DNA from: Rhopilema esculentum
Taxonomy: Eukaryota
Direction: 5' to 3'
NCBI RefSeq assembly: GCF_013076305.1
Contig: NW_027019299.1
Span: 9,808,265 to 9,872,264 of the forward strand
DNA: 64,000 nt
The notes under the pieces were generated by a model. It did not search any database and was not told where the DNA came from. It was given only the letters and a program-made list of their open reading frames with translations. The translations under genes and the position numbers were made by a program. Below are positions 1-12,463 of the stretch, in pieces; the stretch's first letter is position 1; every line of letters starts with the position of its first letter.

Positions 1-1114
1 TCTCAGGTCAAATATGAGATTTCTAGCCAGATTTGAAGTGAATGCTAATTTTTTATTTTTCTTCAAAGCAATAGTATTATTTTTTCATCATCGCATTTCT
101 CGAAAGCATGACTTTCTGTCTATAAAATCCTTTCTCCTTGATATAATGAGCGTGAAGCAACTTTGATCTCGCGTCTTGAGCCGGAGTAGAAATGATAGTA
201 AAGTTCGCTTTGATGAAGATTTATTTTATAATTACAATAATGACGACGAAGATACTAATTTGTAGCTGAGACTAAGACTGTATTTTCTTGCTTTGCTTAA
301 ATTTTTCTTGTAAAATTTATCGTGGAACATTCAAAAAGCAGAATAAACGACCAATTCAAATATACAAGGATATTCAGGTTTAGATAAACGCTTGATTCAG
401 TTAATCAATGCATCAAGAACTAGATTTTCAACTTTTATTCGAATTAATACAGGGCCTTCTTTGCTTGGAAACATCTTAACAACTGCAGCCTCTGAATAAC
501 ATTAATGAATGGTCAATCAATAGTACCCATTTTCTATATTCATAAACCCACTTCGTTTACTTTATGATTTTTCGGCACTTGGAAGCGAGAATTTGGATCT
601 AAAATGTTATATAGAGTATTTTATTCAGTGCCTCTACGTTCCAAAAATGATGTTTCTTAATTTCTTTTACATCAAATTTCCTTCACTAAAGATAAGCCAT
701 TATTTTTAATTTCAATCCATTTTTATTTGGGAACACACCGACACATGACTGATGTATCTGATACTGTCTATATCGTTACATATATAAACGACATTTTAAT
801 ACTAGAATGAATGGACAAAGTAAATTCTGAACCTCGATTTTTTTCAAATTTTGAAATTTCTAGCAATTTCCCTAATTTTTCCTTTCAATTTCTATTTCCT
901 TCTTACTTTCCTTTCAAGTGAAAGCACTATACTTGCTCTATTTTTTGGTAAATTGATCTTCGTGTTCTGAAGGTCATTCTCGTTCATATGCTATCGGACC
1001 TTCGTTTGTACTCTTTTCAACTTGAAAAAAACTTTTACCTTTTTTTCATTTAGAGTTATATTTCTTAAAAGAAATTTTGCACATAAAGAGCATAATTATC
1101 AATTCTTTCTTTAG

Positions 1115-1186
1115 TTCACAGAATTGGACGAACAGGACGACAAGGACAAACGGGAATTGCTACAACTTTTATAAATAAAAGCTGTG
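1115..1186 (+). CDS. DDX41: DEAD-box helicase DDX41/abstrakt-like, antepenultimate coding exon (helicase motif VI)
   Basis: Acceptor cttTAG|TTCACAG, donor TGTG|gtaagc. Translation (g)tt..: VHRIGRTGRQGQTGIATTFINKSC. Matches the DDX41 C-terminal helicase motif VI region (YVHRIGRTGRSG.TGIATTFINK) recalled from memory. Confidence 0.8.
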
Positions 1187-1256
1187 GTAAGCCAAATATA
1201 CACTGCTATGCATTTAGACAATATTCAAAAATCTCTATATTATGATAATATCATAG

Positions 1257-1530
1257 TTATATATAATATAATATAATATAATATAATATATATATATAAT
1301 ATAATATATAATATATATAATATAATATAATATAATATAATATAATATAATATAATATAATATAATATAATATAATATAATGTAATGTAATGTAATGTAA
1401 TGTAATGTAATGTAATGTAATGTAATGTAATGTAATGTAATGTAATGAAATGTAATGTAATGTAATGTAATGTAATATCATATCATATCATATCATATCA
1501 TATCATATCATATCATATCAATCATATCAT
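1257..1530. repeat. Compound pentanucleotide microsatellite (TAATA)n-(TGTAA)n-(CATAT)n in a DDX41 intron
   Basis: Visible perfect tandem 5-mers. The ORF-track hits 1257-1481 (IILYY.../ITLHY...) are translations of this repeat. Confidence 0.95.
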
Positions 1531-1622
1531 TCCTTTCAGTCCTTTCAGTACAGTAAAAATGATATTTTTTTTCTCGTTCAATTTAAGAAAACTCCATTTA
1601 TTGTTGTTTCGATTTCTTGTAG

Positions 1623-1733
1623 ACGAGTCGGTTTTGATCGACTTGAAGCATCTATTAATCGAAGCCAAACAGAAGTTACCGCCATTTTTGGCCGCTCTGG
1701 AAACAGAAAACGAGGGGCTTCTTCATTTGGGTG
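1623..1733 (+). CDS. DDX41: DDX41-like penultimate coding exon
   Basis: Acceptor cttgtAG|ACGAG, donor GGTG|gtgagt. The phase-1 join with the previous exon gives ...KSC-DESVLIDLKHLLIEAKQKLPPFLAALETENEGLLHLGG. Compare human DDX41 ACDESVLMDLKALLLEAKQKVPPVL. Confidence 0.8.
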
Positions 1734-2597
1734 GTGAGTTCGTTCAGAATTCCCTACTTGATTGCATTTTTCTTAGATATCAAAATTTTTTCTGTTAAGG
1801 CCTAGTTTGCTTTTATACTTAAAGGCCTAGTTGCACGCTCAGATTTTTTATCAGATATTCATCTTAGGGACGCCAGAGAAGTGGGCACGGGGGTCAACCG
1901 CTCCTATTGCCTTTTGATAGGAGGGGCAAGAGGGGCAAGAAGGGCAAGAAGGGAAACAGGGGCCAGATTGCCCTTGAAACCGGCCATTTGTAATAATCAG
2001 AGAGATTCATATAAATTCTAATCGTAGTTTCTGATTCATGACGACATTTCTCAACGCTTCTAAAATAGTTCGAACTAAAATAAACTACAGAAGATCGAAC
2101 TAAAATGGCAGTTACGAAGGAATTATCAGCAGCTGAGAACTTTGTTTCAAATGCCCTTTTACCCAAGGCTGCCTTTGGTCGTTGCGGCGACCTGATTCAT
2201 CTGATATTAATATTGTCAAAAAAGAAAGATATTTTTCTGCGTATTTATCACGATCTCTGCTTCAGCTATACACGAAATTGAAGAACACGTTACATCAATT
2301 GAGTATTGAACAATATTGTTATCTGATGATCAATTGATCATTTCATGAAAACATTATGCCATGTAACATGCTCTTCAGATGTATTGGTTGTTCACAGTTT
2401 CCACTTTTGGTGTCATGGTTTCCCTTGTGTTGACATTTATAGGTATGAGCTAGGAACACGGCTATAGGAAGTCAATCCAAATTATTTTTAACTTTCAGCT
2501 TTGATTTAGCTAGCGTTTGGTTCATTTCAGGAATAGTGTTTTCATCTTCATTATCCTAAGATAACTTGTATTGGTTAATAAATTTGGCTTCTTCTAG

Positions 2598-2734
2598 ATC
2601 AACAGGGCTGTTCATACTGTGGACAATTAGGCCATCGTATAACTGCATGTCCAAAGTTGGAAGCCATGCAAAGTCGACAGCAAACAACCGTAGGCCGCAA
2701 AGATTATTTGGCCACCAATGCTGCCGATTGGTAG
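2598..2734 (+). CDS. DDX41: DDX41-like terminal coding exon (CCHC zinc knuckle) ending at TAG
   Basis: Acceptor cttctAG|ATCAAC. The phase-1 join gives [47 protein letters not shown]. Compare DDX41 [35 protein letters not shown]. The stop is TAG at 2732-2734. Confidence 0.8.
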
Positions 2735-3449
2735 GCACTTTCAACACGCACTTTCAACTGACTAATGGCATGCTGGTACGTAGCTATGACTGGTGCTGCA
2801 TAAATGAAGTAGAAGGACATGTCCTTCATTTCTTGTTTTTTTCAACTGAAGTAAAAGCGTCGAATGAACGGCAAACCGAACTAAATTCCCAGAATATTGA
2901 CTCATGTTAAAGCAATGCGGTGTAACTCTCCATTTTAAGTAAATCAATCTCCGATGAAATCGTAATTCAGCAAGCAAAACTTATGTTGGTAACGTATCGT
3001 GGCTGTCTGTCTTTGAATACGTTTACAAATACTTGAGTAGGTTTAAAAACCAGAACCTAAGTCCAGCAAAAGCAACTTCGATACTGTATCGAAACAGTAA
3101 TGACATGTTGTTGGAATAGGTATCCTTTTACGCCAAAAACCAGGATAAAGCATGGAGTCCGATGCAAGTCAGAAAGAAGGGGGGCCAAGGCCAAATCAGC
3201 GACCCATAACAAAATAAAGAAGCTCTATTGTTTTGCAAAAAAAGGTACATGGCCCTCTAACCCTAATGCTTAATCTGCTTAAACCCGGGCTTGAAAGTCT
3301 TAATATAACCGGATTGAATACACAAACTGCATGTTTGTGACCAAATCGCAGATATAGAATCGAATTTGCACCTTGGATCTAAGCCTTTGTTCAATTTTCA
3401 AAGGCTGAAATATTGACTTGACAGCAATAGGTATATCCCAATATATTTA

Positions 3450-4440
3450 CTTTCTAATGCATATTAAATAGCCTGAAACAGAGCAAGAAAATTTTCCCGG
3501 TAATACTTTGGCCTTTTCGGTATATAACTTTCGTTCTGCTCACTTCGGATAAAAGTCTCTTAGTGGCTGGAGCAACCCTCCGTCTTGGAGTCAAAGAGCA
3601 TGCGCTGTTGAAAATTTTCACTTCTTCGTGTCCACAAGCCAGGGCCATTTATCATGCGAAGTTCCAATGGAATCTCGTTCCATACCTTAATTCCATTAAA
3701 CATAATCGATCGCTTTTTGAGGCTAATTTTGGCTTGGGGTATTGCAAATTTTTTATTTGTAGCTTGTCTTCTACAGTAGCTGTGCCTTGAGGAAGTTTTT
3801 TCGAACAGATTACAAAAGAATTCCATTTGAGATTCTGCATTTATATCAAACATAAATTTTGCACATTGTCTGTCTTCAAAGTTTAATATACTAATTTTAC
3901 GAAAAATTGATTTGGAGCTTGCTGTATTTTTATCGAAGTTCATTATTCTTACAGCTTTTTTAAGATTTCGACTTACAGACAGGACTTGCTAGCACTTCCC
4001 CAAGTGATTAACGCATAGTTGATATGGGTCAATTAATTTGCAATTAGCCAATCAGAGACTTTGTTAAGCTCATCATTCACAATTGATTCTAATTCCTTTA
4101 GATTTTTGTGCCAAAAGAAAACATTTGTGTCATCAGCAAATAGATGAATTTTTAAGATACTTGACGCGCTCGGCATGTCGTTTATATATAAGAGAAAAAG
4201 TAGAGGTTCAAGGACGCTGCCTTGGGAGACTCCGAATTCAACATTACAAGATTCAGAGAAAGTGCCATTTATACTTACTTTCTGTGTTCGATTTGTCAAA
4301 TAAGACTCAAACTATTTTAAGGCTATGCCTCTTATACCATAATATCCCAATTTATTGATTAGAATATTATGGTCAACGGTATTAAACGCTTTTGCAAAAT
4401 GTAAGAAAATACAACATGAATGATTTTTGTTATCCGCTGC
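3450..4440 (-). mobile_element. 5'-truncated, frameshifted non-LTR retrotransposon (LINE) fragment: RT domain C-terminal half plus 3' tail
   Basis: Minus-strand ORFs 4033-4299 (GVSQGSVLEPLLFLLYINDMP...LFADDTNVFF), 3560-3943, and the RC of 4300-4400 (AKAFNTVDHNILINKLGYYGIRG) carry canonical RT motifs (FDTVDH, GxPQGSVLSPLLF, FADD). They are interrupted by frameshifts. The 3' tail at 3545-3605 is shared with a repeat at 17745-17840. Confidence 0.8.
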
Positions 4441-5059
4441 GTATGTTTAACAAGAAAAAATGACGCCGTTATCTCTGCAATACTTCTATCCTGCCTTCCT
4501 ACGCCACTGTCCTGATCCAAGTTTGTTATTTAAATACTTGGATATGAGGTATAATTTGCCGATAATAGGACACAGAAAGGGGCAAGACAGATTTGCGATT
4601 GGCAGGCCCTGTTTCTAGCCCCCCTTTCTACAATCCCGGAAAAAAGTGATACTTTTCAAGAAAAGTTGATTTTTTCTCTTTCCTTTCGAAAATAACTCCT
4701 CCAACATTGATTCAGGAGGTGATGGGGTATTCAAATTTACCGGGGGAATCTACAGATTGCCAAAATTGCACTTTGTCTTGACAATGGTCTGGGATTGCAG
4801 GATATATGGCACTACACTGCGTGGGTTATGTGACGACAAGATTAGGGATCAAATTACCAGACAATGCCTCAGTCAGACAAAGGCGGCAAGTTGAGCAAGG
4901 CTGCAAATGTTCAATTTCTTTCCACCTGCTTGTCTTGCTTCAAAACAAGAAGGTTGACATCACCTGCCCTTTTTAAGCTGGGACCTTCTTTCAGCATAAT
5001 TCCTGACTTACTCACAGATCGACATTTGTCTCCTGCTTCCAAACAAAGAAAAGAAAGCA

Positions 5060-5062
5060 ATG
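5060..5062 (+). CDS. SLC46-like paralog 1, putative ATG-only first coding exon (tentative)
   Basis: agcaATG|gtatgtac is a strong donor 1.5 kb upstream of exon 2, by analogy with paralogs 2 and 3. It lacks the conserved gataaagYcATGgtRagtagg context seen in the other two. Alternative: ATG at 6166-6168 downstream of a TATAAAT at 6142. Confidence 0.25.
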
Positions 5063-6566
5063 GTATGTACATGCGCATATTGCGAATTACCTTTGTTGTC
5101 CTCGTGATCTTCTGATGCTGAAATTGTGCCAAAAGTTGTTCCGCTCGATTACATTTTTAACGAGAAGCACGTTAATTTTGAAGTACACTTATAACGTAAT
5201 TATTTCTTTAAGACGATGTAATAATTTACGTAAATGCCTGGCATGTAATGAAAGTGCCCAGCCTATTCTTCGTTTGTATGTGTTTGGTCGAATGTCGCAA
5301 TAATGAAGACATCTCTGCATTTTGTGTGAAGGAAGGTGACAGGCATAGCTGTTGCTAAGGGCCGCGAACATAATACAGACTGAGGGGGCTGAAACGTTTT
5401 AGGGGGATAAACAAGCTAAAAACCATAGAGGGCGTTTTTTTTAATTGTTTTAAGTACATTTTGAAAATAACTAATTGGCTTATAAGCCCCCGTAGCCCCC
5501 TATTTCCGCGGTCCCTGCCTATCGTTATGCGCCCACTGACTTCATCCAATCTTTTTCAAAGCGATACAAGCTTTTCTTGGGCTGTATTTATGTTCTGCGT
5601 GTCATCAAAATGAACATAGGCTATGTTCTTTTGTAGGTGTGGGGGGGGGGGCTAAAAAACTAATTGCAATTGCTAATGATGGTTGCCAACAGCACAGGGT
5701 AGAAAGAAGCCTAGCTGAGGGTTCTAAGGAAATTTTCTTTTACATGTTCCATTATCGTTGTTATTTGATCTTTATTAAATCTCTTGAGATGATTTTTATC
5801 TGTGAACCAAGAATGTAAAAAGTTAGTCTAACACAACCTCCTTAACTCCTCGATAGCCAACTTCCTTAATTCCTGGGGAGGGGAGGGGAGCTGAGCCTCC
5901 CCAGATTTTCGTCAGGAGGGGCTCAAACCCTGGAGCCCCCTAAGTATGCACCTATGAAAATGAAAATCATTTTTTGGAAGGGGAGGGGAGGGGATGAGAT
6001 GGTGTGGCAAATGAGACAATTTTTAGACATCTGTAGCTTTAGTACCACTTCATTGCAACAAAAATTTCATAGTTTGGCAATTTTTGGGGTGGGGATGTGG
6101 CTGCAGCTCCCAAGAACAACACTTCAAATGTCCAATTTTTATAAATGGTGGTCTATATTTAGGCCATGGTAGCTATTGTTGTGGCAATGTTATTTGATTG
6201 AGATCACTAAACAGTAACAACAATATCTTGAAATGTATGCTATCAATGGAAGGAACAAGAATATAAAAAGTGGCATGCCATGTTGGCAGCTCTTAATGCT
6301 TTTTAAAATAACGCCTTTCAAATTTGGAATGATGAATAAGGAAACCGAGAAAGAATCTTGATCGAAATGAAAATGAAATGAAAGCGAAATGCAGTTTTGA
6401 AAATGTATAGTACTTTAAACTATTTTTTTAAAAAGGTAATCAAGGTATATATGTTTTTTATCTTTATTTGTGATGTGATGTCTGCAAACCTTCCAAGTAT
6501 TGTACATTTTGTTTGACAAAATCAAAATTGTTTAGATAGAATAAGTAGCTTTTAATTTTTGAACAG

Positions 6567-6812
6567 GAAAAGGTAAATGATGAGCCAAATGCCAAGAAAG
6601 GGGTCAAAGGAATTCTTAAAGCTATTTTCACAGCCCCTGAATTGCTATTCTGCATGTATGTGTTTGGTTTGATGCTCCATTTGCCACTACTGCATCAGTA
6701 TGTTTACATGAGGTTCAGTCAGGAAGAGAACTTTCCATACCACTATTCTGCAGCACATGGCAGCTGTGGGAATCATCAACTAAACAAAACAATGAAGGCT
6801 TTGCAAGAAAAG
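6567..6812 (+). CDS. SLC46-like MFS transporter paralog 1, exon 2 (TM1 plus extracellular loop)
   Basis: Acceptor gaacAG|GAAAAG, donor AAAAG|gtagat, phase 0/0. EKVNDEPNAKKGVKGILKAIFTAPELLFCMYVFGLMLHLPLLHQYVYMRFSQEENFPYHYSAAHGSCGNHQLNKTMKALQEK. Confidence 0.8.
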
Positions 6813-7358
6813 GTAGATTTATAACTTGTTCAGGTTTTCTCAAAATTTATCAGCCAGTTTTGCATACAGTTTTTCATTGATGAAATCAAAAGTTTACTGG
6901 ATGTTTAGTGAAAACAAACATAAGTTCCTTATTTTACTATTTTTTACCTAAAAGACTGCAATATTTTGTGAAATGCTACTCCCAGCAGGGAATATTAATG
7001 TTTACTGGGTAATGTTCTAAACCATGTTTTTCTATGGAAGAGAAGGGGTGGGGTAATTTTACAGTAGCATGGTACTAGGGGCGTGTCATTTTAAACAAAT
7101 ACCCAGAAATATTGGTATTATTTTTTTAATAACATTACAGACCCATATATTTGAAGCAGCTAATGTGGCCAATAATACCACAAACAAAGGCAGAAGAATG
7201 CAGAAGAAAGTGAAAGACACAATCTACAGAATTCTCAATATGTGGATATATGTGACATTCAATGTTGTGCAACAGATCATTAAACTTTTGTTATTTCTTT
7301 ATTAATTTAACCATTGGCCTTTTTGCGCCTTTATTCCTGGTACTTTTCTTTCGATTAG

Positions 7359-7671
7359 GTCCAAGGGAAGAGTGCTCGCTTTCAGATAGGTCAAAGTTTG
7401 TTTACCACCATTCCATCTTTAGTAGTGTGTCTCTATCTGGGAGCATGGTCAGACGTTGTGGGAAGAAAGCCAGTCGTTATTCTGGGTACACTTGGCACCT
7501 TGCTAGAGACAATTGTTGTCCTACTGACGATGATGTTGGATCTTCCAATCCGTGTTGTGTACATTGGGTCTTTTTTAAATGGCATGGGAGGCTATTTCAC
7601 AGGTCTCATCCTTGCAGTCATGGCTTACATTGCAGACACAACATCACCAGACAAGAGAGCTCTAAGACTAG
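7359..7671 (+). CDS. SLC46-like paralog 1, exon 3 (TM2-TM4, MFS signature GAWSDxVGRKP)
   Basis: Acceptor gattAG|GTCCAAG, donor CTAG|gtatgt (phase 1). ...LYLGAWSDVVGRKPVVILGTLG...YIGSFLNGMGGYFTG...AYIADTTSPDKRALRL. The MFS motif-A-like G-x-x-SD-x-x-GRK(R)P matches PCFT/SLC46A1 LGAWSDSVGRRP. Confidence 0.85.
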
Positions 7672-7864
7672 GTATGTGACTGAATTTTTCTGGAAATATT
7701 GTAAGAAATTTTCAAAATTTGAATGGCAGTAACAATGACCCCTTATGTTCTGCACAGTTTGGGCCAATTGTTCAAGTTTCTGACATGCTATCCAGGCTCT
7801 TTTTTGATGATTTGTTGGAGAGTACTTAAATTGAAAGGAGTGGTGGCTTTGACACTAGAAAGCA

Positions 7865-8009
7865 GGAAGAGAGGCAACCAGGAAGAGAGGCAACCAGGAA
7901 GAGAGGCAACCAGGAAGAGAGGCAACCAGGAAGAGAGGCAACCAGGAAGAGAGGCAACCAGGAAGAGAGGCAACCAGGAAGAGAGGCAACCAGGAAGAGA
8001 GGCAACCAG
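7865..8009. repeat. 16-bp minisatellite (GGAAGAGAGGCAACCA)x9 in intron 3 of paralog 1
   Basis: Perfect tandem copies. ORF-track entries 7723-8019, 7788-7973, 7826-8101 and 7855-8037 are its translations. Confidence 0.95.
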
Positions 8010-9431
8010 TCACTGCTGATAGTACCATCCAATTCATCGTTTTCCTTTAATTCTGGCAGATAAGATGTTGAATGAAATTTGGAAGCTGAAAACAATTGCA
8101 AGAAAAATTCTGAGAACGACTTGAGATGAGCAAGGGTTTAGTTACAATAACAGTTCTCAGGGGCGAAGGCATTATTTTTCTAAGGATTCTTTCTGACAAA
8201 AAATGCCAATAAGATAGAATAAGACAATTTTCTGTTCTCTTATTTTGTCTTGCTGCTACTGTAGATTGATTCTGGACTTGTAGTCGATGCATTTGGTGGA
8301 ATTTTCTGCTCATACGAGCTTGTTTTACAATATAAATAGATTTTAAATGGATTACGAAGATTACAGCCATTCCATGGATTGGCTACAAAAACCACAGAAT
8401 AATAAAATAGTTGAAATCATTTACTCCTCAAGTTCACCATTTTCCAATCCAGTGGCGTAGCTTTACACTGGACCCAAGACAGAGGAGGCTAGCTGGGCCC
8501 ATTCTGTGGACCGTAATAATGAAATCTATTCTATAGTAATTTTCTTATTCTGGAGTCTAAGTTCATTGTCAAGCGAGAAGTCTCTGGGGCCCAGCCTCGC
8601 TCTCGGCAGTAATTTAACTTTGAGAACATAGAAAACATTTAGGTTCCTTTTCACTATCCAGTAGTCGATTTTACCGCCAAACTAAGTATTTTGTGGAGCA
8701 ATTGAAGATTTACCGACCAGCCCTACCCCCCCCTCCCCCTCCCAACTAGCTACGCTACATCCTGGTTGCATCAGAGCATCATTAAACTGATTAACCATCT
8801 CTTTCGCCCAGGGTAACTACGCTTCTGACCATAGAATGTTCCTTGGTTATTCAACAATCAAACGTGCTTACAGACGAAACAAATATGGAGGCCATCGCCC
8901 TCCTACTTCTTCTTTGCTATACCTAGCTTCAGTATCATATGGTACCAATAAGCCAGCCCCTAAATTGAGTTTTTTCATTTCTTTTTAAGTTTTTGGTGTT
9001 AACCCAAAAAAATGTATTTATAAGTTGAAAGGCAAAATACAATCTTCCTGAACTTCTGAAAGTGTTAGGAGAAAGAGAAACACAAAGGTAGACCAGACCT
9101 TATTCTTATTGTTGTCAAAGTAGAGTTGCGTGAGATCACAATCAAGTGTGCTAATTCGTTAGCTGGACTGATAGCAATTCATGAAATAATGTAAGCGAAA
9201 CCTTGAAGCCTAGCTTTGACATAATTCACTTCGAAGCTCCTTCAAAAAGAGTCAGACAGCAAGCAACTCTTTTATTTAAAAAAAAATTGCAAAAGTTTAC
9301 AATTTGAACCTTAGCTTTTATTCCTCTCACATAAATCTCCCTAAAACGTAATTCTTGCCTTGCATTTTATTGCAAAGTTGGAAGAAATATTTATCTCAGA
9401 AGAGTACATTAATTTTTTATTCGGTTTCTAG

Positions 9432-9628
9432 GTATTATGGAATGTGTAGTTTTCGTAGGAGCAACATTAAGCAATTTCATCAGTGGACATCTTATCAGCA
9501 ATTATGGCTTCAAAATACCGTATATTATTGTCGTCGTTGCTGTCGGTATATCTTGTCTTCTCGCTATATTTGCGATGCAAGAATCACTCAAAAACAAACC
9601 AGTTAAATCAGCCGGGTGCTTCAACATG
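9432..9628 (+). CDS. SLC46-like paralog 1, exon 4
   Basis: Acceptor ttctAG|GTATTATGG, donor ACATG|gtatgt. GIMECVVFVGATLSNFISGHLISNYGFKIPYIIVVVAVGISCLLAIFAMQESLKNKPVKSAGCFNM. Phase 1 to 0. Confidence 0.8.
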
Positions 9629-10108
9629 GTATGTTTAATTCAGTTACTTTAATTAAAAATCTGGAATTTCAAACCCATTTATAACCACAAGCTATTAATG
9701 TCTGGCTAGCTACATGAAAATTTTTGATGTGTTTACACGCGTTACAACTATGAAATAGAACTTCTTTGATCATATGCTGTTTCTATAGAAGCAGAATCTA
9801 GAGAGATCTGGAAGTTTAATCAAAGTTTGGTAACACAAAGGAGGTAATTTCGCCAATATTTATGAAGGGGAAAGGAGATTGATTTAATTGGAAATCATTG
9901 GAAATGCTCTCGTGCTATTTACTAGCCTGAGCAGTACTCATGATTGAGAAATTTAAAGGACATTAATTAGAGAAGACTGGTAGAGTAGAAGGACAGTGAT
10001 TGATAGAGTAGAAGGACAAGGGCAGTGACTGTAAAGTCAGGCCTTTTATTTTTTCTTGGCCAGTTGCGTTAGGGTATTACGGATCTTATTATTGTTTGTT
10101 TTTTCTAG

Positions 10109-10460
10109 GCCTGTCTGAAGTACCCGCTACAAGTATGGCGCACCCTTTCAATGCCACGCCCTGGAAAATGGAAGATCGTTGTTCTTATGCCTGCCACACT
10201 TTTCGTTAACATGCTCTCGATGGGCATTAGCTCGCTGATAACGCTGTACCTCATGAATTCACCTTTCTGCTTAAGCCCAATCGAAGTTGGATATTTTTCC
10301 GGCACACGCTTATTTCTCATGGGTATTGGTGCAGCTGTTGGCATTAAGTTGCTTGGCCTTTTGATGCAACCCCACTTCATCTCACTAGTGGGAATCATGT
10401 CCTATTTTGCTTTTTACACTTTGCTGGCCTTTGTAAAAGATTCGAAGACAGTATATATAG
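10109..10460 (+). CDS. SLC46-like paralog 1, exon 5
   Basis: Acceptor tttctAG|GCCTGT, donor ATAG|gtatgg. ACLKYPLQVWRTLSMPRPGKWKIVVLMPATLFVNMLSMGISSLITLYLMNSPFCLSPIEVGYFSGTRLFLMGIGAAVGIKLLGLLMQPHFISLVGIMSYFAFYTLLAFVKDSKTVYI. Phase 0 to 1. Confidence 0.8.
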
Positions 10461-10768
10461 GTATGGATCAAAACTACTTGAATTACTGTTTTTAGGTTGT
10501 TTTTAAGTACACTAGAAAAACTCGATTTATTTTGACATTGTAAAGTTGCTTTGGCTTGAAAAACAATTTTTCAGGTTTATCTTGACTATTTTTTAATACT
10601 CTTTAGTAAAAAGACTATACTCATTATCATCATGATCATGATCATCACCATCATCAATTGCAAAAATCGAGTATTCGTACCAAGAATGTACCGATTCGTA
10701 CCATGGTAAGAATCGGTACAGCTGTATCTTTAGGATAGTATTTCACCGCAAATCCTCTCTTTCTACAG

Positions 10769-10852
10769 CTTGCTTGCTTGGCGCCTTGTCTGGCACAGCT
10801 AGTCCTATTTTTCGCAGTATACTGTCAAAGACGGTCTCTTCAAACGAGCAAG
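10769..10852 (+). CDS. SLC46-like paralog 1, exon 6
   Basis: Acceptor ttctacAG|CTTGC, donor GCAAG|gtaact, phase 1/1. (A)CLLGALSGTASPIFRSILSKTVSSNEQ(G). Confidence 0.8.
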
Positions 10853-11222
10853 GTAACTTGAAAGAAATTTCAAATATACTTATTAGTTCGTTTTCGAGCT
10901 GCAATTCCTGCCGAAATTCCTTAGAACGCCCTGTTGCTAAAGTATTCTTTTAAAAAGCAACTCCTTCCCCTCTTCCCGTTACCAATGTTGACCCTTGTAA
11001 ACTATCTGATAGGAATCAAATGGACAACCCCGAAGCTCTTAACATTATATACCCAAACAACATCGTTGGAAAGGAGGGGGGGGGGAAGAAAACACTATTA
11101 GCAAAATGTGAACAATTTAATGTAGTTTGCCAAGACCTTTTAAGGAGATTGTGCATTAAAGTTCTGCCTGAAACAGACTCAAAAATGTGGAAAAAGTAGT
11201 TTCGCAAATCTCTTTTTTGCAG

Positions 11223-11382
11223 GTGTTCTGTTTTCAGCCGTCTCGTCTCTAGAGATGTTGGCTGTTTTTCTTGGTAACTTTCTGTTCAATGCTGTTTATC
11301 TGGTCTTAAATCGTCATGGAAAACCTGGAGCCATTTTCTTCCTGGTGGACGCTATTTTGCTGATACCATTCTTCTTGGCTTT
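11223..11382 (+). CDS. SLC46-like paralog 1, exon 7 (last two TMs)
   Basis: Acceptor ttttgcAG|GTGTTC, donor GCTTT|gtaagt. GVLFSAVSSLEMLAVFLGNFLFNAVYLVLNRHGKPGAIFFLVDAILLIPFFLA. The donor sits inside an in-frame TTG-TAA, so an unspliced transcript would stop here. Confidence 0.75.
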
Positions 11383-11999
11383 GTAAGTAAATTCATGTAA
11401 AACCATTACTTCAGGAACTGAGGAAATATCGGCCAATTATACTTAGGGAAAATTATGTTTTACATTGAAAGATATTGTTTTGACAAAGATGATGAGCTCC
11501 TTCTGCATTTGTACAGATTTATCTTTTTCATTATTGTGTCTCTTTGAAGGTTAAAGGCAATCTGTCTCGTTGTGGATTGGTTAACGAGAACAATAGCTGG
11601 AACAATAGCCTAAACACAATTCCAGCGCTCCGCCATATTTTTTACAATGCGATAAATTAAAGGGGGACTGGAAACAATAAATAATCCCTTTGTTCTTATA
11701 ATCAATCAGCGTCGTGACAACTTGCCTTTAGTATAGATATACTATAGCTGCTCTTACCTAATAAACTTCTCTGGGCCTCTACAGAAACAGTCCTGTGGCT
11801 AGTATTGCTAGTCTTTAATTAGGGGTCTGGAGAACATCTACTAATACATCTATTTTTCAAGTTAGGGGTCTGGGGCACATTCTAGATCGGAAAAGCTAGC
11901 TCATTCAAACTGTTCTGGTGATGATGAAATTGACAAAAACAATTCATTTATTTTTTTATCATGTTTTTGGCTCTTATTCGTAAATATTCTCTTTTTCAG

Positions 12000-12132
12000 G
12001 ATCTATATAAGGAAAATACGAAGCGGTGGCAAAGGCAGAGAAGATCTTCAAGCGATTGTGAATGCTGATTTACCTAGCACTGGGAAGGAGATTGTCGATG
12101 ATTACGGTTCTAGTACCTCGAATCGGCATTAA
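12000..12132 (+). CDS. SLC46-like paralog 1, exon 8 (cytoplasmic tail, stop TAA)
   Basis: Acceptor ctttttcAG|G. LIYIRKIRSGGKGREDLQAIVNADLPSTGKEIVDDYGSSTSNRH*. Phase 2 is completed by the first G. Total CDS 1488 nt, 495 aa. Confidence 0.7.
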
Positions 12133-12457
12133 TCATAAATTTCAAACAAGGTACCCTGAGAACAAAAACAAAAAGTCCTTTATCTCAAAAGAGATGTATC
12201 TATATATATATGTGTATGTATAGGATTAATTTCAACGTTGTTGATTCCTGCTAATAAGTGCAAGCTTTTTGCCAATCAATTAAAGAGGGAAGGCTGATTA
12301 TTGTTAACTTATATATGAATTTATGCATAAAAAATCGTAAATGTTTTCCCTTACTGGTCCACTTTAGAAGGATGTGATGCCTTTGTATGCGCAGTACAAA
12401 AGAACATTATAAGGTTTTTTCTTTATATCATCATACATATACTATAGCGATTGAAGA

Positions 12458-12463
12458 AATAAA
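12458..12463 (+). promoter_or_regulatory. Candidate polyadenylation signal AATAAA for paralog 1
   Basis: AATAAA ~325 nt after the stop codon, within an AT-rich (TA)n-containing 3' region. Confidence 0.3.

Noticed and set aside
5370-5950. G-rich patches (G11 at 5641-5651, GGGAGGGGAGGGGAG at 5878-5892 and 5980-5992) as possible G-quadruplex or regulatory elements upstream of paralog 1
   Set aside because: Isolated homopolymer or low-complexity runs with no conservation at the equivalent positions upstream of paralogs 2 and 3. Not enough to call a regulatory element.
7262-7732. Long + strand ORF (156 aa) overlapping exon 3 of paralog 1
   Set aside because: It is in a different frame from the homology-supported exon (7359-7671) and runs through intron sequence. 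It is an artefact of the ORF caller.
7723-8101. Four overlapping ORFs on both strands with repetitive peptides (RKRGNQEERQPGREAT; LPLFLVASLPGCLSSW)
   Set aside because: They are translations of the 16-bp minisatellite in all frames and are not coding.
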